Shown: positions 19,658 to 30,244 of the stretch, piece by piece | How the letters are laid out: each line of letters begins with the position of its first letter | How positions within the stretch are numbered: position 1 is the first letter of the stretch | Assembly (NCBI RefSeq): GCF_000012545.1 | Contig: NC_007681.1 | Span: 150,001-182,000, forward strand | From: Methanosphaera stadtmanae DSM 3091 | Lineage (GTDB): Archaea; Methanobacteriota; Methanobacteria; Methanobacteriales; Methanobacteriaceae | Length of the DNA stretch: 32,000 bases | Direction of reading: 5' to 3' | Translations under genes and position numbers: made by a program | The notes under the pieces: generated by a model | The model's database searches: none | Told to the model about the DNA's origin: nothing | The model's input: the letters and a program-made list of their open reading frames with translations, nothing else

Positions 19658-19677
19658 TTTTTTTATCTTATTTTTTT
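19658..19677 (+). terminator. Two T7 tracts after the endonuclease gene
   Basis: T-runs at 19658-19664 and 19671-19677 begin 5 nt after the stop. Confidence 0.4.
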
Positions 19678-20073
19678 AAATTAATTCTGGCTAATTTTTC
19701 ATGCTATTTATATATTATTTTTACTATATTATAGTATCATTTTATTTTACTTTATTCTTATTTCTTCTTTATAATAAATTATTAATATTCTTATCTTCAT
19801 ATATTAAATTATATCAAATTGTTTTAATAAAATTAAAATTTAATTTATTATTTATAGAAATATAATTATAATTAAAATCTTTGTATTTAGTTTAATTTTA
19901 TTTTAAAATTTGCTAATAGTTTAAATTTAATTATATGTCTTGTTAATAATATCTGGGATTTTTTTAGTTATTTTAATAGTTTGATGAGAGTTTTCATCTG
20001 ATTAAATTTTAGATTTTGTTGGATGGAATGGAAATATTTAAAAAAATATATAATCAAAGAATAATGATTTTTT

Positions 20074-23000
20074 ATGATAACAAGAAATAAAGCTCTATTT
20101 TTTGTTTTCACATTAGTATTACTTTTAACAGTAAGTATTGGTGCAATTTCTGCAAGTGATGTTGGAAATGATACTGATTTATCTGTTAGTGGTAGTGATA
20201 ATATTAATCTTTGTGATGCATCGTATGATACAACATCATATGATAATAAAGTAGTAAGTGATAATAAAAAATCAGTTACTAAAAGTGTGTCTAAAGATGT
20301 AATATCTGATAAAAAGATTGATACTACAAAAAATAGTAATATTAATACTAAACAAGAAGTAGTTAAAAAGGATATTAAAACTAGTAATAGTTTAAAACGT
20401 GAAGATAAAGCTTCATTCACTGATTTGAATACTCAAATTACATCATCTGATAATATAACTTTAAATAATGATTATGTAAGAGGTTCAGGTGAAGATGCTA
20501 TAACAATTAATAAAACAATTATAATCAATGGTAATGGTCATACTTTTGATGCTAATCAAATGGATGGTACTTTTATTATTGGTTCAAATGCAGATGTAAC
20601 TATTAGTAATGCAAAATTCACTAATTATAAAGCTGTAGGTAGTTCTACTACTAAAGCATCTGTTTATGTTGATGGAGGAAAATTAACATTAATCAATGTG
20701 ACATTTGAAAATAATAATGGTTCATTTGGTTCTGTGTTACATGCATATGATGGTGTGACTAAAATTTATAATTCAACATTCAGAGGTCTTAACTATGGAA
20801 GTCAAGGTGCTATTCAACACTCTTATGGTACTTTAATAGTTGATGGTTCTGTGTTTAATGGTACAACATCAAATAATGGTGCTATTCAAATTAGGTATGG
20901 TAGTGCTATAGCAAATGTAACAAACACAACATTTGTTAATAACATGGCAAATAATTATGGTGGAGCTATAAATAATAAAGGAGATCTCTTTGTAGATAAC
21001 TGTATCTTTGATAGTAATAGGGCAGGAACCAATGGTGGAGCCATAGCTCTTAGAGGTAGTAAAACTATTACAATTCAAAATTCTGTATTTAAATCTAACA
21101 AAGTAGAAGGTACAGCATCATCTAAAAGAGGAGGAGCTATCTGTGCAAATAATGGTTTTTTAATATTAAAAAACAATACAATGACAAATAATTATGCAGT
21201 TAATGGTTCCAATATCTTTGTATGGTATTCTAATACAGTTTACACCACATACATAAAATTTGATAAAGCAACAGCAGTTGAAGATGAAGTATTTAATGTA
21301 ATTGCAAGAGTTACTGATGATATGGGAAATTCAATATCAAATCTTGATGTGAACTTCACAATCAATGGTAAAAACTACACAGCACCTCTAATTGAGGGTG
21401 TTGCTAATATAAGTATTAGTGATGCATTAGAGCCAGGTAATTATACAATTACTGGAAGCTATGCAGGAGCAGTAATAGAAAATATTACAGTAACAGAAGG
21501 TAATCTTGAAGTAGTAGCTGCTGATGTATTTAAATATAAAATGTTACAAGAAAAAATTGACACTGATACAACAGGAATTATAACACTTGAAAAAGATGTT
21601 AAAAGAGGAAGTATTGAAGATAAGGTAGTTGTAAATAAAACAATTACTATAGATGGTAATGGACTATTTGTTAATGCAAATAAAGGAAGAATCTTTGACA
21701 TAACAAATGGTGCAACATTAACATTAAAAAATATGATAATATTCAAAACTATCTCTGGTGAAGGAGCAATAGCAAATATCACAGGTTCTTCACACTTAGT
21801 ACTAAATAATGTGACTATAATTAACAACACAGGAGTAAGTACAAATAATAAACAGTCATCATTAATATATGTAGACCCAACAAGTACTCTTAATATAAAT
21901 AACTCCATTATTGAAAATAACACTGGTGCAATAATAGGATTACAAGGTACTGGTGTAATTAACAATACAAAAGTATATAATATTACAGCAATGGGTGAAA
22001 ATGATCAAGGATTTATAAATAATGAAGCTACAAAAACAAATTCCTTAACAATAGTAAATTCCATATTTGATAAAAATACTGGAAGACTTGGTGGAATTTA
22101 TGGAGCAAGACAAAATGGTCAATTAATTATAAAAAATACCACATTTACAAACAACCTCTTAACTAGAGGTAGTGGAACTGTATATGCTGGTGGTACTACA
22201 GACATATCTAACTCCTCATTTATAAACAATGCAGCAAATGGTTATAGTAGTAGTGGAACAGCAATATATAATAAGGGTGCATTAGTAGTAAATAATAGTG
22301 TATTTATAAATAACACTCTACCAACTGGTAAAAAAGGTTCTATTATATATAATGACTATGGTGGAGATTGTAGTATAACATATTCCATACTCATTCCAGC
22401 AGGGGAAGGTTCAGCACTATATAATAACTATGAAACAATACCAACTGCAAACTATAATTGGTGGGGAACAAATACTAATCCTAAAAAATACTTAGATCAT
22501 GGAAGTGATTATGATTATGATTTAGAGGAAGAAACAGAATATTCTGACTTTAAAGTAGATTACTGGGTAGTATTAGATACAAAACTCACACCATCAAGTG
22601 ATATTCCATATGGTAGTACAATTACAATAACATCAACATTAAACACATACACTGATAATAATGGTGTTATTAAAAACTTAGATTCAAAACTACCTGATGG
22701 AGTAGTAGTAGATTACACTTCAAATAAGGGTGTATTTGATAAAACACAAACAACAATAGTTGATGGTACAACAACAAATGAATACACAGTTACATCACCA
22801 AGTGCACAAATAAACATAACACAAGCAACACAAACTAATACATTTAACATCAATGCTATAATGCCAACACCACAAAAATATGTAATAACAGAATCTAACT
22901 TCTATGATTACTTCAACAACGATGGTACAATAAAACTAGATAAAGTAGTATATGGTTCACAACTAGAATTCTCTGGAACATTAACAAAGAAACATATGAT

Positions 23001-26000
23001 AATAAACCTACCATTAAATCTAACAAGTCATACAACACAAGCAGTATTTACAAATGCACATATAACAATACTTGCTGATGGAGAAGATACTAACATTACA
23101 AATCTCATAATAAACAATGATAACTATGAAGAAAATGTAATATTATTAAACACAACAAGAAACATAAACATTAAAAACAACACAATCACAGCAAAATCCA
23201 CAGATAAAATACATACAATTGAATTAATAGATACAAACAAAACAAACATAGAAAACAATACAATAACAACAAATGGTCCATCAAATGTTATTAAATATGA
23301 TGAATTCTATATGGGATATCCAGATACATCATCTATTAAACTATACAATTCAAATAATAACATAATTGTAAACAACAACATTAAAACCAAAGCAACATCC
23401 ACTGATGGTAAAACATTCAATACAATTACAGGTGTTGAAGTATATGGTAATGTAATGAACTTTGATGAAGATATCACATCAAATAACAATCAAATAATAA
23501 ATAACAACATAACAACAGAAGGAATGTCTGAAGTATATGGAGTATTTGTATCATCTAAAGTAAATAACAATACAATATCATACAATAATATAACAGGTAG
23601 TGCAGATAGATACACTGCAGGTATACAACTTGTAGGACCAGCAACATTAAATACCATATCATACAACAAAGTTAATGCAACAGCAAAGAATATAACATAT
23701 GGTATCATTGTTACAACCAATGATATGGGTAAAGTAGAAGAAAATAACATAACAAACAACGATGTTCTAACAAAATCAAGTACATCTTATGCAATAGAAT
23801 TATATGGTGCAAATAAAAACAATGTTAAATATAATAATTTAATAAATAATCAAGATGCACCAGACTATGCAATGGGTATTGGATTATATCAATCAAAAGA
23901 AAACAACATAACAGACAACAACATAAATCTCGTAGGATATGAAGTGGAAAAACCAGTATTGGGAGATCAAATAACACCAGAAAATGTTGGTATTAAATTA
24001 ATGCAAAACTCAAACACAAACATAATCAAAAACAATGACATAACAAGTATATCTACAAATGTAAATAACTATGCTATAAACATCACAAAAAGCTCATCAA
24101 ACACAGTAACACTAAACACACTAACAGCAACAACACGCCTTGGAGACTTAGCAGTAACAACAGATTCACAAAATACAATAGAAAATAACAAACCAGAAGT
24201 TATAATAACAAATGATAACTATGGTGATTATTTTGATGAAGATGGAAATATTAAAAACTTAAACAGTGGAATGACAATATATCTTTCAGGTGAATTTAAA
24301 AATAAGAACTTCATAATAGATAGAAAACTTAACATACTCTCATACACAACACAAGCAGTACTATACAATTCAACATTTGTATTTGTTGATGGTGCATCAG
24401 ATAGTAGTCTTGAAAATGTTATAATAAACAACAATGACTATGATACATATGTAATTTCAATAAATGGTGCAAACAACATAACACTAAAAAACAACACAAT
24501 AACACAAGAAAACACTGAAGGAGCAACACATGGAATACAACTTGAAAACTCAAAATACAACACAATACACAACAACACAATAAATATTAAGGGACTATCC
24601 TATGTAATACAATATGTAAACTATGTTGGTCATTCCAATACAACAGCAATACAAGGATATAATTCATGTCATAATACAATAACAGAAAATAAAATAAATG
24701 TAGTAGCAACTGGTCTTGGAGATGCATCTTCAATTACAGATACAATTATTGGTATTGAATTTATTGGAAATAGTATGGATTACTCTAATATAATAGAAGC
24801 TAAAAATAATACTATTGCTAGAAACACAATAACACTAGATGGACAAAGCTATGCATATGCAATTAAAGTAGCAGATAAGGCAGATAATACTAATATAACC
24901 TACAATGATATAAAATCTCATGCAAAAGGTAGTGCATATGGTGTTGACTTTGAAGGACCAGCACAATCAAGTTACATAACAAATAACAGAATAAACACAA
25001 CAGCACAAGACTTCACATATGGTATATTAATACAATCCATAATGGGAAAAGTAAACATACTTACAATAGATTCTAACATAATAAACTGTACATCAAGCAC
25101 AGGATATGCAATAGAATTATACAATGTAGGAAAACCAAAGATAATAAACAACAACCTAACAGTAACAGGTAACTTCTCAATGGGTATAGGAGCACGTAAA
25201 ATAACAGATGGTTCAATATTAAACAACAACATAACAACAACTGGTAACTCTAGTGGAAGAAATGCATCATCAGTCGATGAAATAACACCAGAAAATGTTG
25301 GTATTAAATTAACATTTAAATCAGAGGATAATACAATACAAAACAACCATATAATAACAAGTGATGTGGCAGAAGGTATTAATGTATATACAATAATAGC
25401 TAATGATTCAACATCAAACATAATCACACATAACACATTATATTCCACAAATCTAGTTGGTAGTAAATCAGTAAATGCATCAAACAACACAGTACGTGAA
25501 AACCTACCAGCAACACCATCAAATATAACAATTGCTCTAACAACACCAATATCAGTAGAAGTAGGAGATACTGAAAATATAACAGTAAGATTCTATGATG
25601 AAGATGGTAATCTTGTAACATATGGTAAAGTAACATTTAAGTATGGTGATAAAGAAGAAACTATAGATGTAGTAAATGGAATGGCAACACTAGCATATGT
25701 GGGTGTTGCTCCAGGAATCCAAGTATTGGATATAAAATATATTGGTAACTCTGACTACAATGAAAAAACAGAACAAGTATCAATAAAAGTATATTCACCA
25801 TCCACATACACTGGAATTGTATATGTATCAACAAATGGTGATGATAGTAATGATGGATCTGTTGATAGTCCAAAACTCACAATTAAAAAAGCAGTAGCAC
25901 AAGCACTAAAAGAAGGTGGAAGTCATCAAATCATAGTATTAGATGGAAGATACTATGTGAATGATGTAATAATTAACTCCTACCTAAATATTACAGGACA

Positions 26001-28398
26001 AGGCAATGTAATCTTTGATGGAAGAGGTCTTGGACGTATATTTAACATAACAAATGGTGATGTAATAATTAAAAACATTATCTTCACAAATGGTAAATCA
26101 ACAACAGGTGGAGCAATATACAACATAGCAAATCTAACACTAATAAATGATACATTCATAGATAACACAGCAAATACTGGTGGAGCAATAACCACTTCAT
26201 CAATAACAATAATTAATTCCACATTCAAAAACAATCAAGCAACAAGTGGAAATGGTGGAGCAATTAATGCTCTATACAACTCAACACGTGTAGTAAATAT
26301 TACAGGTAGTGTATTTGAAAATAATATAGCTTCAAGTAATGGTGGAGTATACTATGAAAGTACAGGTAATATGATTAATATTACAGACTCAGTATTTAGA
26401 AATAATACTGGAGTAAGTGGTGGAGTACTATACTTATCTACAAATTCAACTATTAAAAATACTACATTCACTGATAACAATTCAACATACTCCTCATACT
26501 CTTCATATGGTGGAGGAGCAATCTATGTAACAAGTAAAAAACTTATAGTAATTGACTCTGTATTTACAAATAACTATGCTAAAAATTATGGAGCAGCAAT
26601 ACTTGCAAATTCACCACTTGAATTATTAAACACTACCATATCAAATAATATTGATAAATCAGATGGAATAATCTATGCTAGAAATAATCTAACAATCATA
26701 AACTCAACAATAGCAAATAACACAGCAAATGGTGGAGTAATATATATCAGCGGATATTCAGCAGTATTTAACATGACAAACACCAACATTTATAATAACT
26801 CTGGAAAAGGTGGAGTAGCAATCTATGTATCATCTCTTAAAAACTTCACAATAGACAATTCAACATTTACAAATAACATAGCAAATAACTCACAAAGAAT
26901 AGTCTACATATCATCATCCAGTACAATAGGAGTTATAAATAATTCCTTATTCAAAAACAACATTGGTAACTACACAGTATATGGTAACAATAAAATAAAT
27001 ATAACAAACACAGTATTTGAAAGTAACTCTGTTAATGGAAAACTATTATACAACATAAATGCAGCAAATAACACCTACACAAACAACTCACTACCTGTTA
27101 CACTCACACAAACAATAACAACCAACAAAACAAAAGTAAATATAACAGTAAAACTCAGCACTGATAAAGTATACAATACAACAGTAAATAGGGGAACAAT
27201 TACAATAACTGATAATGGCCGTGAAATTACAAAAATAGATGTAAATGATAGTGATATAAATTACATATACACAACCATAGCAGGAGAACATAACATTGAA
27301 GTAACATACACAGATGCATCAAATGACTTTAGCACAAAATCCATGAATAAAACCATTACAATAGATAAAATAAGCACAACAATAACATTAAATCCTATAA
27401 ATCCAATTAAAGTATTGGAAAACATTACAATAAATGCAACACTTACAGATGATGAAGGTAATGGAATTAGTAATGAAAATATTATACTAAAAATCAATGG
27501 AAAAACAATAACAACACTACAAACAGATGAAAATGGTAATGTACTATACAACTACACAATCAAAAACATGGGATTACACAACATAAATCTAATATATCAA
27601 GGAAGCGATGTTTACATGGCAACAAATACAAGTACAGTAGTATATGCAGATAGTCTTAAAACATCAATTATCCTAGAAAAAATCACAACAAAATACAATG
27701 ATACAACAACAATCACAGTTGGAGTTGTTGATGAACTTGGAAATAATGTAACCACAGGACGTGTAATACTTAAAATCAATGGTAAAACACTAAAAGATGC
27801 TGATGGAAACATAATATATGCTGATGTAGTAAATGGAAGTGCAAAATTCACAACAACACTTAATATGAAACCAAAAATATACACTGTAACAGCAATATAT
27901 GGTGGACGTAACTACTATGAATCATCCATAAATAACACAACACTTTTAATTACAAAACGTGATGCAACAGTATCATTTGAAGACATACCACAAGCAATGG
28001 CAGGAAAAGAAGTAATAATAAAAGTAAAAGTAGTTGATGATGATGTGGATACCTTAGTAAACACAGGACGTGTAATACTTAAAATCAATGGTAAAACATT
28101 AAAAGACACAACTGGAAACATAATATTTACAGATGTAGTAAATGGAATTGCAACAGTTAAATACACCATACCAAGTAATTTCAAAGCAAAATCATACACT
28201 TTAACAGCAGTATTCTCTGATAACTATTATAACAGAGTAGATGTAACTTCTAAATTTGATGTTATAACACAAACAAAATCATTAAGTACACTTCGAATTG
28301 ATACAAGTATAATAACTGATGCAAAACCTATTCAATCAAATAATTCAAAAACAACAATACAAAACAATTACATACTACCAAAAGCTGTGAAAGTATAG
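20074..28398 (+). CDS. Giant Asn/Thr-rich adhesin-like surface protein (2774 aa): Pmp-type/beta-helix repeat blocks and C-terminal Ig-like repeats
   Basis: The signal-like N-terminus is MITRNKALFFVFTLVLLLTVSIGAISASDV. It has repeated GGA(I/V)...F.(N/D)N motifs (NYGGAINNKG, TNGGAIALRG, TTGGAIYNIA, GNGGAINALY, YGGGAIYVTS), of the chlamydial polymorphic-membrane-protein repeat type. Two ~440-aa beta-helix modules follow. The C-terminal repeats carry VILKINGKTLKD..GNII. Confidence 0.9.
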   Translation: MITRNKALFFVFTLVLLLTVSIGAISASDVGNDTDLSVSGSDNINLCDASYDTTSYDNKVVSDNKKSVTKSVSKDVISDKKIDTTKNSNINTKQEVVKKDIKTSNSLKREDKASFTDLNTQITSSDNITLNNDYVRGSGEDAITINKTIIINGNGHTFDANQMDGTFIIGSNADVTISNAKFTNYKAVGSSTTKASVYVDGGKLTLINVTFENNNGSFGSVLHAYDGVTKIYNSTFRGLNYGSQGAIQHSYGTLIVDGSVFNGTTSNNGAIQIRYGSAIANVTNTTFVNNMANNYGGAINNKGDLFVDNCIFDSNRAGTNGGAIALRGSKTITIQNSVFKSNKVEGTASSKRGGAICANNGFLILKNNTMTNNYAVNGSNIFVWYSNTVYTTYIKFDKATAVEDEVFNVIARVTDDMGNSISNLDVNFTINGKNYTAPLIEGVANISISDALEPGNYTITGSYAGAVIENITVTEGNLEVVAADVFKYKMLQEKIDTDTTGIITLEKDVKRGSIEDKVVVNKTITIDGNGLFVNANKGRIFDITNGATLTLKNMIIFKTISGEGAIANITGSSHLVLNNVTIINNTGVSTNNKQSSLIYVDPTSTLNINNSIIENNTGAIIGLQGTGVINNTKVYNITAMGENDQGFINNEATKTNSLTIVNSIFDKNTGRLGGIYGARQNGQLIIKNTTFTNNLLTRGSGTVYAGGTTDISNSSFINNAANGYSSSGTAIYNKGALVVNNSVFINNTLPTGKKGSIIYNDYGGDCSITYSILIPAGEGSALYNNYETIPTANYNWWGTNTNPKKYLDHGSDYDYDLEEETEYSDFKVDYWVVLDTKLTPSSDIPYGSTITITSTLNTYTDNNGVIKNLDSKLPDGVVVDYTSNKGVFDKTQTTIVDGTTTNEYTVTSPSAQINITQATQTNTFNINAIMPTPQKYVITESNFYDYFNNDGTIKLDKVVYGSQLEFSGTLTKKHMIINLPLNLTSHTTQAVFTNAHITILADGEDTNITNLIINNDNYEENVILLNTTRNINIKNNTITAKSTDKIHTIELIDTNKTNIENNTITTNGPSNVIKYDEFYMGYPDTSSIKLYNSNNNIIVNNNIKTKATSTDGKTFNTITGVEVYGNVMNFDEDITSNNNQIINNNITTEGMSEVYGVFVSSKVNNNTISYNNITGSADRYTAGIQLVGPATLNTISYNKVNATAKNITYGIIVTTNDMGKVEENNITNNDVLTKSSTSYAIELYGANKNNVKYNNLINNQDAPDYAMGIGLYQSKENNITDNNINLVGYEVEKPVLGDQITPENVGIKLMQNSNTNIIKNNDITSISTNVNNYAINITKSSSNTVTLNTLTATTRLGDLAVTTDSQNTIENNKPEVIITNDNYGDYFDEDGNIKNLNSGMTIYLSGEFKNKNFIIDRKLNILSYTTQAVLYNSTFVFVDGASDSSLENVIINNNDYDTYVISINGANNITLKNNTITQENTEGATHGIQLENSKYNTIHNNTINIKGLSYVIQYVNYVGHSNTTAIQGYNSCHNTITENKINVVATGLGDASSITDTIIGIEFIGNSMDYSNIIEAKNNTIARNTITLDGQSYAYAIKVADKADNTNITYNDIKSHAKGSAYGVDFEGPAQSSYITNNRINTTAQDFTYGILIQSIMGKVNILTIDSNIINCTSSTGYAIELYNVGKPKIINNNLTVTGNFSMGIGARKITDGSILNNNITTTGNSSGRNASSVDEITPENVGIKLTFKSEDNTIQNNHIITSDVAEGINVYTIIANDSTSNIITHNTLYSTNLVGSKSVNASNNTVRENLPATPSNITIALTTPISVEVGDTENITVRFYDEDGNLVTYGKVTFKYGDKEETIDVVNGMATLAYVGVAPGIQVLDIKYIGNSDYNEKTEQVSIKVYSPSTYTGIVYVSTNGDDSNDGSVDSPKLTIKKAVAQALKEGGSHQIIVLDGRYYVNDVIINSYLNITGQGNVIFDGRGLGRIFNITNGDVIIKNIIFTNGKSTTGGAIYNIANLTLINDTFIDNTANTGGAITTSSITIINSTFKNNQATSGNGGAINALYNSTRVVNITGSVFENNIASSNGGVYYESTGNMINITDSVFRNNTGVSGGVLYLSTNSTIKNTTFTDNNSTYSSYSSYGGGAIYVTSKKLIVIDSVFTNNYAKNYGAAILANSPLELLNTTISNNIDKSDGIIYARNNLTIINSTIANNTANGGVIYISGYSAVFNMTNTNIYNNSGKGGVAIYVSSLKNFTIDNSTFTNNIANNSQRIVYISSSSTIGVINNSLFKNNIGNYTVYGNNKINITNTVFESNSVNGKLLYNINAANNTYTNNSLPVTLTQTITTNKTKVNITVKLSTDKVYNTTVNRGTITITDNGREITKIDVNDSDINYIYTTIAGEHNIEVTYTDASNDFSTKSMNKTITIDKISTTITLNPINPIKVLENITINATLTDDEGNGISNENIILKINGKTITTLQTDENGNVLYNYTIKNMGLHNINLIYQGSDVYMATNTSTVVYADSLKTSIILEKITTKYNDTTTITVGVVDELGNNVTTGRVILKINGKTLKDADGNIIYADVVNGSAKFTTTLNMKPKIYTVTAIYGGRNYYESSINNTTLLITKRDATVSFEDIPQAMAGKEVIIKVKVVDDDVDTLVNTGRVILKINGKTLKDTTGNIIFTDVVNGIATVKYTIPSNFKAKSYTLTAVFSDNYYNRVDVTSKFDVITQTKSLSTLRIDTSIITDAKPIQSNNSKTTIQNNYILPKAVKV
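22879..25510 (+). repeat. Diverged internal duplication of a ~1.32-kb (~440-aa) beta-helix module
   Basis: Module 1 (22879-24195) and module 2 (24196-25510) align end to end. YVITESNFYDYFNNDGTIK aligns with EVIITNDNYGDYFDEDGNIK. TSHTTQAVFTNA aligns with LSYTTQAVLYNS. ITPENVGIKLMQNS aligns with ITPENVGIKLTFKS. Confidence 0.75.
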
Positions 28399-28430
28399 GT
28401 GAAAATATTCACCTACTTTTTTTCTTTTTT
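28397..28430 (+). terminator. Hairpin plus T-runs right after the adhesin stop
   Basis: aggtgaa (28397-28403) pairs with ttcacct (28408-28414) across a 4-nt loop. T7 (28417-28423) and T6 (28425-28430) follow. Confidence 0.55.
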
Positions 28431-28437
28431 ATGAAAA

Positions 28438-29397
28438 CTAGTTTTTATTTAAGTCAATAATTTCATCTAATTTATCTTCAGATATAGCTAGAATACTACT
28501 TATATCCTCTTTCTCATAGACATTACTTTCTAAGTTTTTAGATATCTCTAGTGTGTTAATAACAGTATCTATACATGCATTTGTAACATTTTCTTCCATT
28601 TGTTTATAATCAGTATTTTCATCTACTGACATTTTCTTTAGATGATTAATTGAATTTTCATATACTTTTATTAGAGAGGATACATTATATTTTTCAAGAA
28701 TTTCATATATTTTTTCTACATTGAATTTTTCCAAGATTTCTATATATAATTTAAGTATGTAAATTACTTGATCTTTGGTGTAGTGTTCTATTTTATTTTT
28801 ATTTTCATATAATCCAATACCAGTTTCTATTTTATAATTTAGTTGAAAATCATTAGTAGAGTTATCTGTACTAGTTTCTATTGGTTTTTCTGATTCTTTT
28901 TCTATTTTCTTCTCAATTTTAGTTTTTTGATGATTTAATAATAGTTCTTCAAAGATGTTATAGTGTAGTAATGTGATTTGTGTCATGTTTTTTTGTGTTT
29001 TAATATTTATTATTTTAAAACAGTTTATTATTCCTAATGTGAATATTTTCATATCTTGATATACACATGCTAGGTTTTCTTTAGGTATTTCTTGAAATTC
29101 CTTTGAATAAATCAAATAACGAGTATTTTTTAGGGGCTTTGTTAAGGCATCTGTTAGATATATTTCTGTTGGTTGGTATAATTTCTGATGTATTTTATAG
29201 TTATTAATTACATCCTTATTTAGATTCACATCATAAATAAATTTTTTATAATATCCTCTATTTAAATTATCTTTTAATTCTTTCTGCTGATTTTTCTCAA
29301 GTTGAGTATAATCTATCATTTGTGTTATTTCAAATAATTCCTTCTCAGCAGTAAAGATTTCCTTTGCATTTATAATTTTATTATCTGTATTTTGCAT
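28438..29397 (-). CDS. Hypothetical 319-aa Lys/Glu/Asn-rich protein
   Basis: It is a single long ORF with coding-like composition. It has two halves joined by a charged linker (KIEKKIEKESEKPIETSTDNSTN). I recognised no motif. Confidence 0.55.
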   Translation of the reverse strand: MQNTDNKIINAKEIFTAEKELFEITQMIDYTQLEKNQQKELKDNLNRGYYKKFIYDVNLNKDVINNYKIHQKLYQPTEIYLTDALTKPLKNTRYLIYSKEFQEIPKENLACVYQDMKIFTLGIINCFKIINIKTQKNMTQITLLHYNIFEELLLNHQKTKIEKKIEKESEKPIETSTDNSTNDFQLNYKIETGIGLYENKNKIEHYTKDQVIYILKLYIEILEKFNVEKIYEILEKYNVSSLIKVYENSINHLKKMSVDENTDYKQMEENVTNACIDTVINTLEISKNLESNVYEKEDISSILAISEDKLDEIIDLNKN

Positions 29398-29895
29398 ATT
29401 ATAACCACTCTAAAAAAAATGTTCACTACAATTTAATTATGTTCTTTATTATAGTTAATTACTTAACTTTTGATATTATTTTAGATTTTTGAATGTATAA
29501 AATCAATAGGTTTTTTAATAGTTAACTGCCTATAAATAGATAATATAAGTTAATAATTCCTGATTTGTTATATAATAGTGGGTAAGTAACTATAATTCAA
29601 AATTGTTGTTTTAATTATTAAATTTTATTTCAATTTTTCTTTTTATAAAGATATTTCTTCTATAAAAATCCATTTTAAAATAATTAATTTCCTTAGAATT
29701 CTAAATACTTCTTTTATTTATAATTTAATTAGATAAATGTCATGTTTTAATCTTATTTTATCGATTTATTTCGAATTAATTTTTTTAGATTAATCTAAAA
29801 ATAGGAAAATATATATTTAAATTAAAATATAAATATTTTTGTTAGTTTATTTTAATTAGATGACTAATATATAATTTAATAAAAAGGTGATAAAT

Positions 29896-30075
29896 ATGGC
29901 AGGTAATCCATATAAAATTAATGATAATTGTGTAGCATGTGGTTTATGCGTTAACGCATGTCCTATCGATGCAATAGCTGAAGGAAACCCATATGTAATA
30001 GATGAAGAAAAATGTGTAGGATGCGGAGTTTGTGCTGAAGCATGTCCTACACAAGCAATTGAAGAAGTAGCTTAG
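29896..30075 (+). CDS. 2x[4Fe-4S] ferredoxin (59 aa)
   Basis: It has two CxxCxxCxxxCP motifs (CVACGLCVNACP, CVGCGVCAEACP). AAGGTGA lies 6 nt upstream of ATG 29896, so the tracked GTG at 29887 is probably inside the RBS. Confidence 0.9.
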   Translation: MAGNPYKINDNCVACGLCVNACPIDAIAEGNPYVIDEEKCVGCGVCAEACPTQAIEEVA

Positions 30076-30244
30076 ATGCTATTTTCTCAATTCTTTTCTT
30101 TTTTAAAAAAAACTACTATTTTTATAAACAAACAATTATAACTAATTATTTCTATAAACAAACTAAACTCATTCTAAAAAAACTATTTTTCAAAAATATA
30201 TTCATATAAATAAAAAAAATAAAAAAAGGGAAATCTTCATATAC

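Noticed and set aside
19982-20001. C-box-like tgatga and D-box-like ctga, 10 nt apart, upstream of the adhesin gene, considered as a possible C/D box sRNA.
   Set aside because: It is too short. It lacks C'/D' boxes and a second guide region, and no terminal stem is present.
19968-20420. 150-aa minus-strand ORF overlapping the start of the 2774-aa adhesin gene.
   Set aside because: It is antisense to the adhesin signal peptide and N-terminus. It runs into the AT-rich promoter region and has no motif.
20869-28199. Minus-strand ORFs of 60-172 aa inside the 2774-aa adhesin gene (20869, 21459, 23307, 23490, 24228, 24972, 25424, 25661, 25980, 27091, 27261, 27612, 27915).
   Set aside because: These are antisense shadows of a stop-poor, compositionally biased gene. 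None has an RBS or a recognisable motif.
28438-29397. The 319-aa protein was considered as a Kiwa KwaB-like defence protein on size alone.
   Set aside because: No adjacent multi-TM KwaA-like partner is present, and I could see no shared motif. Size coincidence only.
29786-29797. Perfect 12-bp palindrome tagattaatcta ~100 bp upstream of the ferredoxin gene, considered as a possible operator.
   Set aside because: By a rough base-composition estimate, tens of 12-bp palindromes are expected by chance in 32 kb of DNA this AT-rich. No second copy is nearby.
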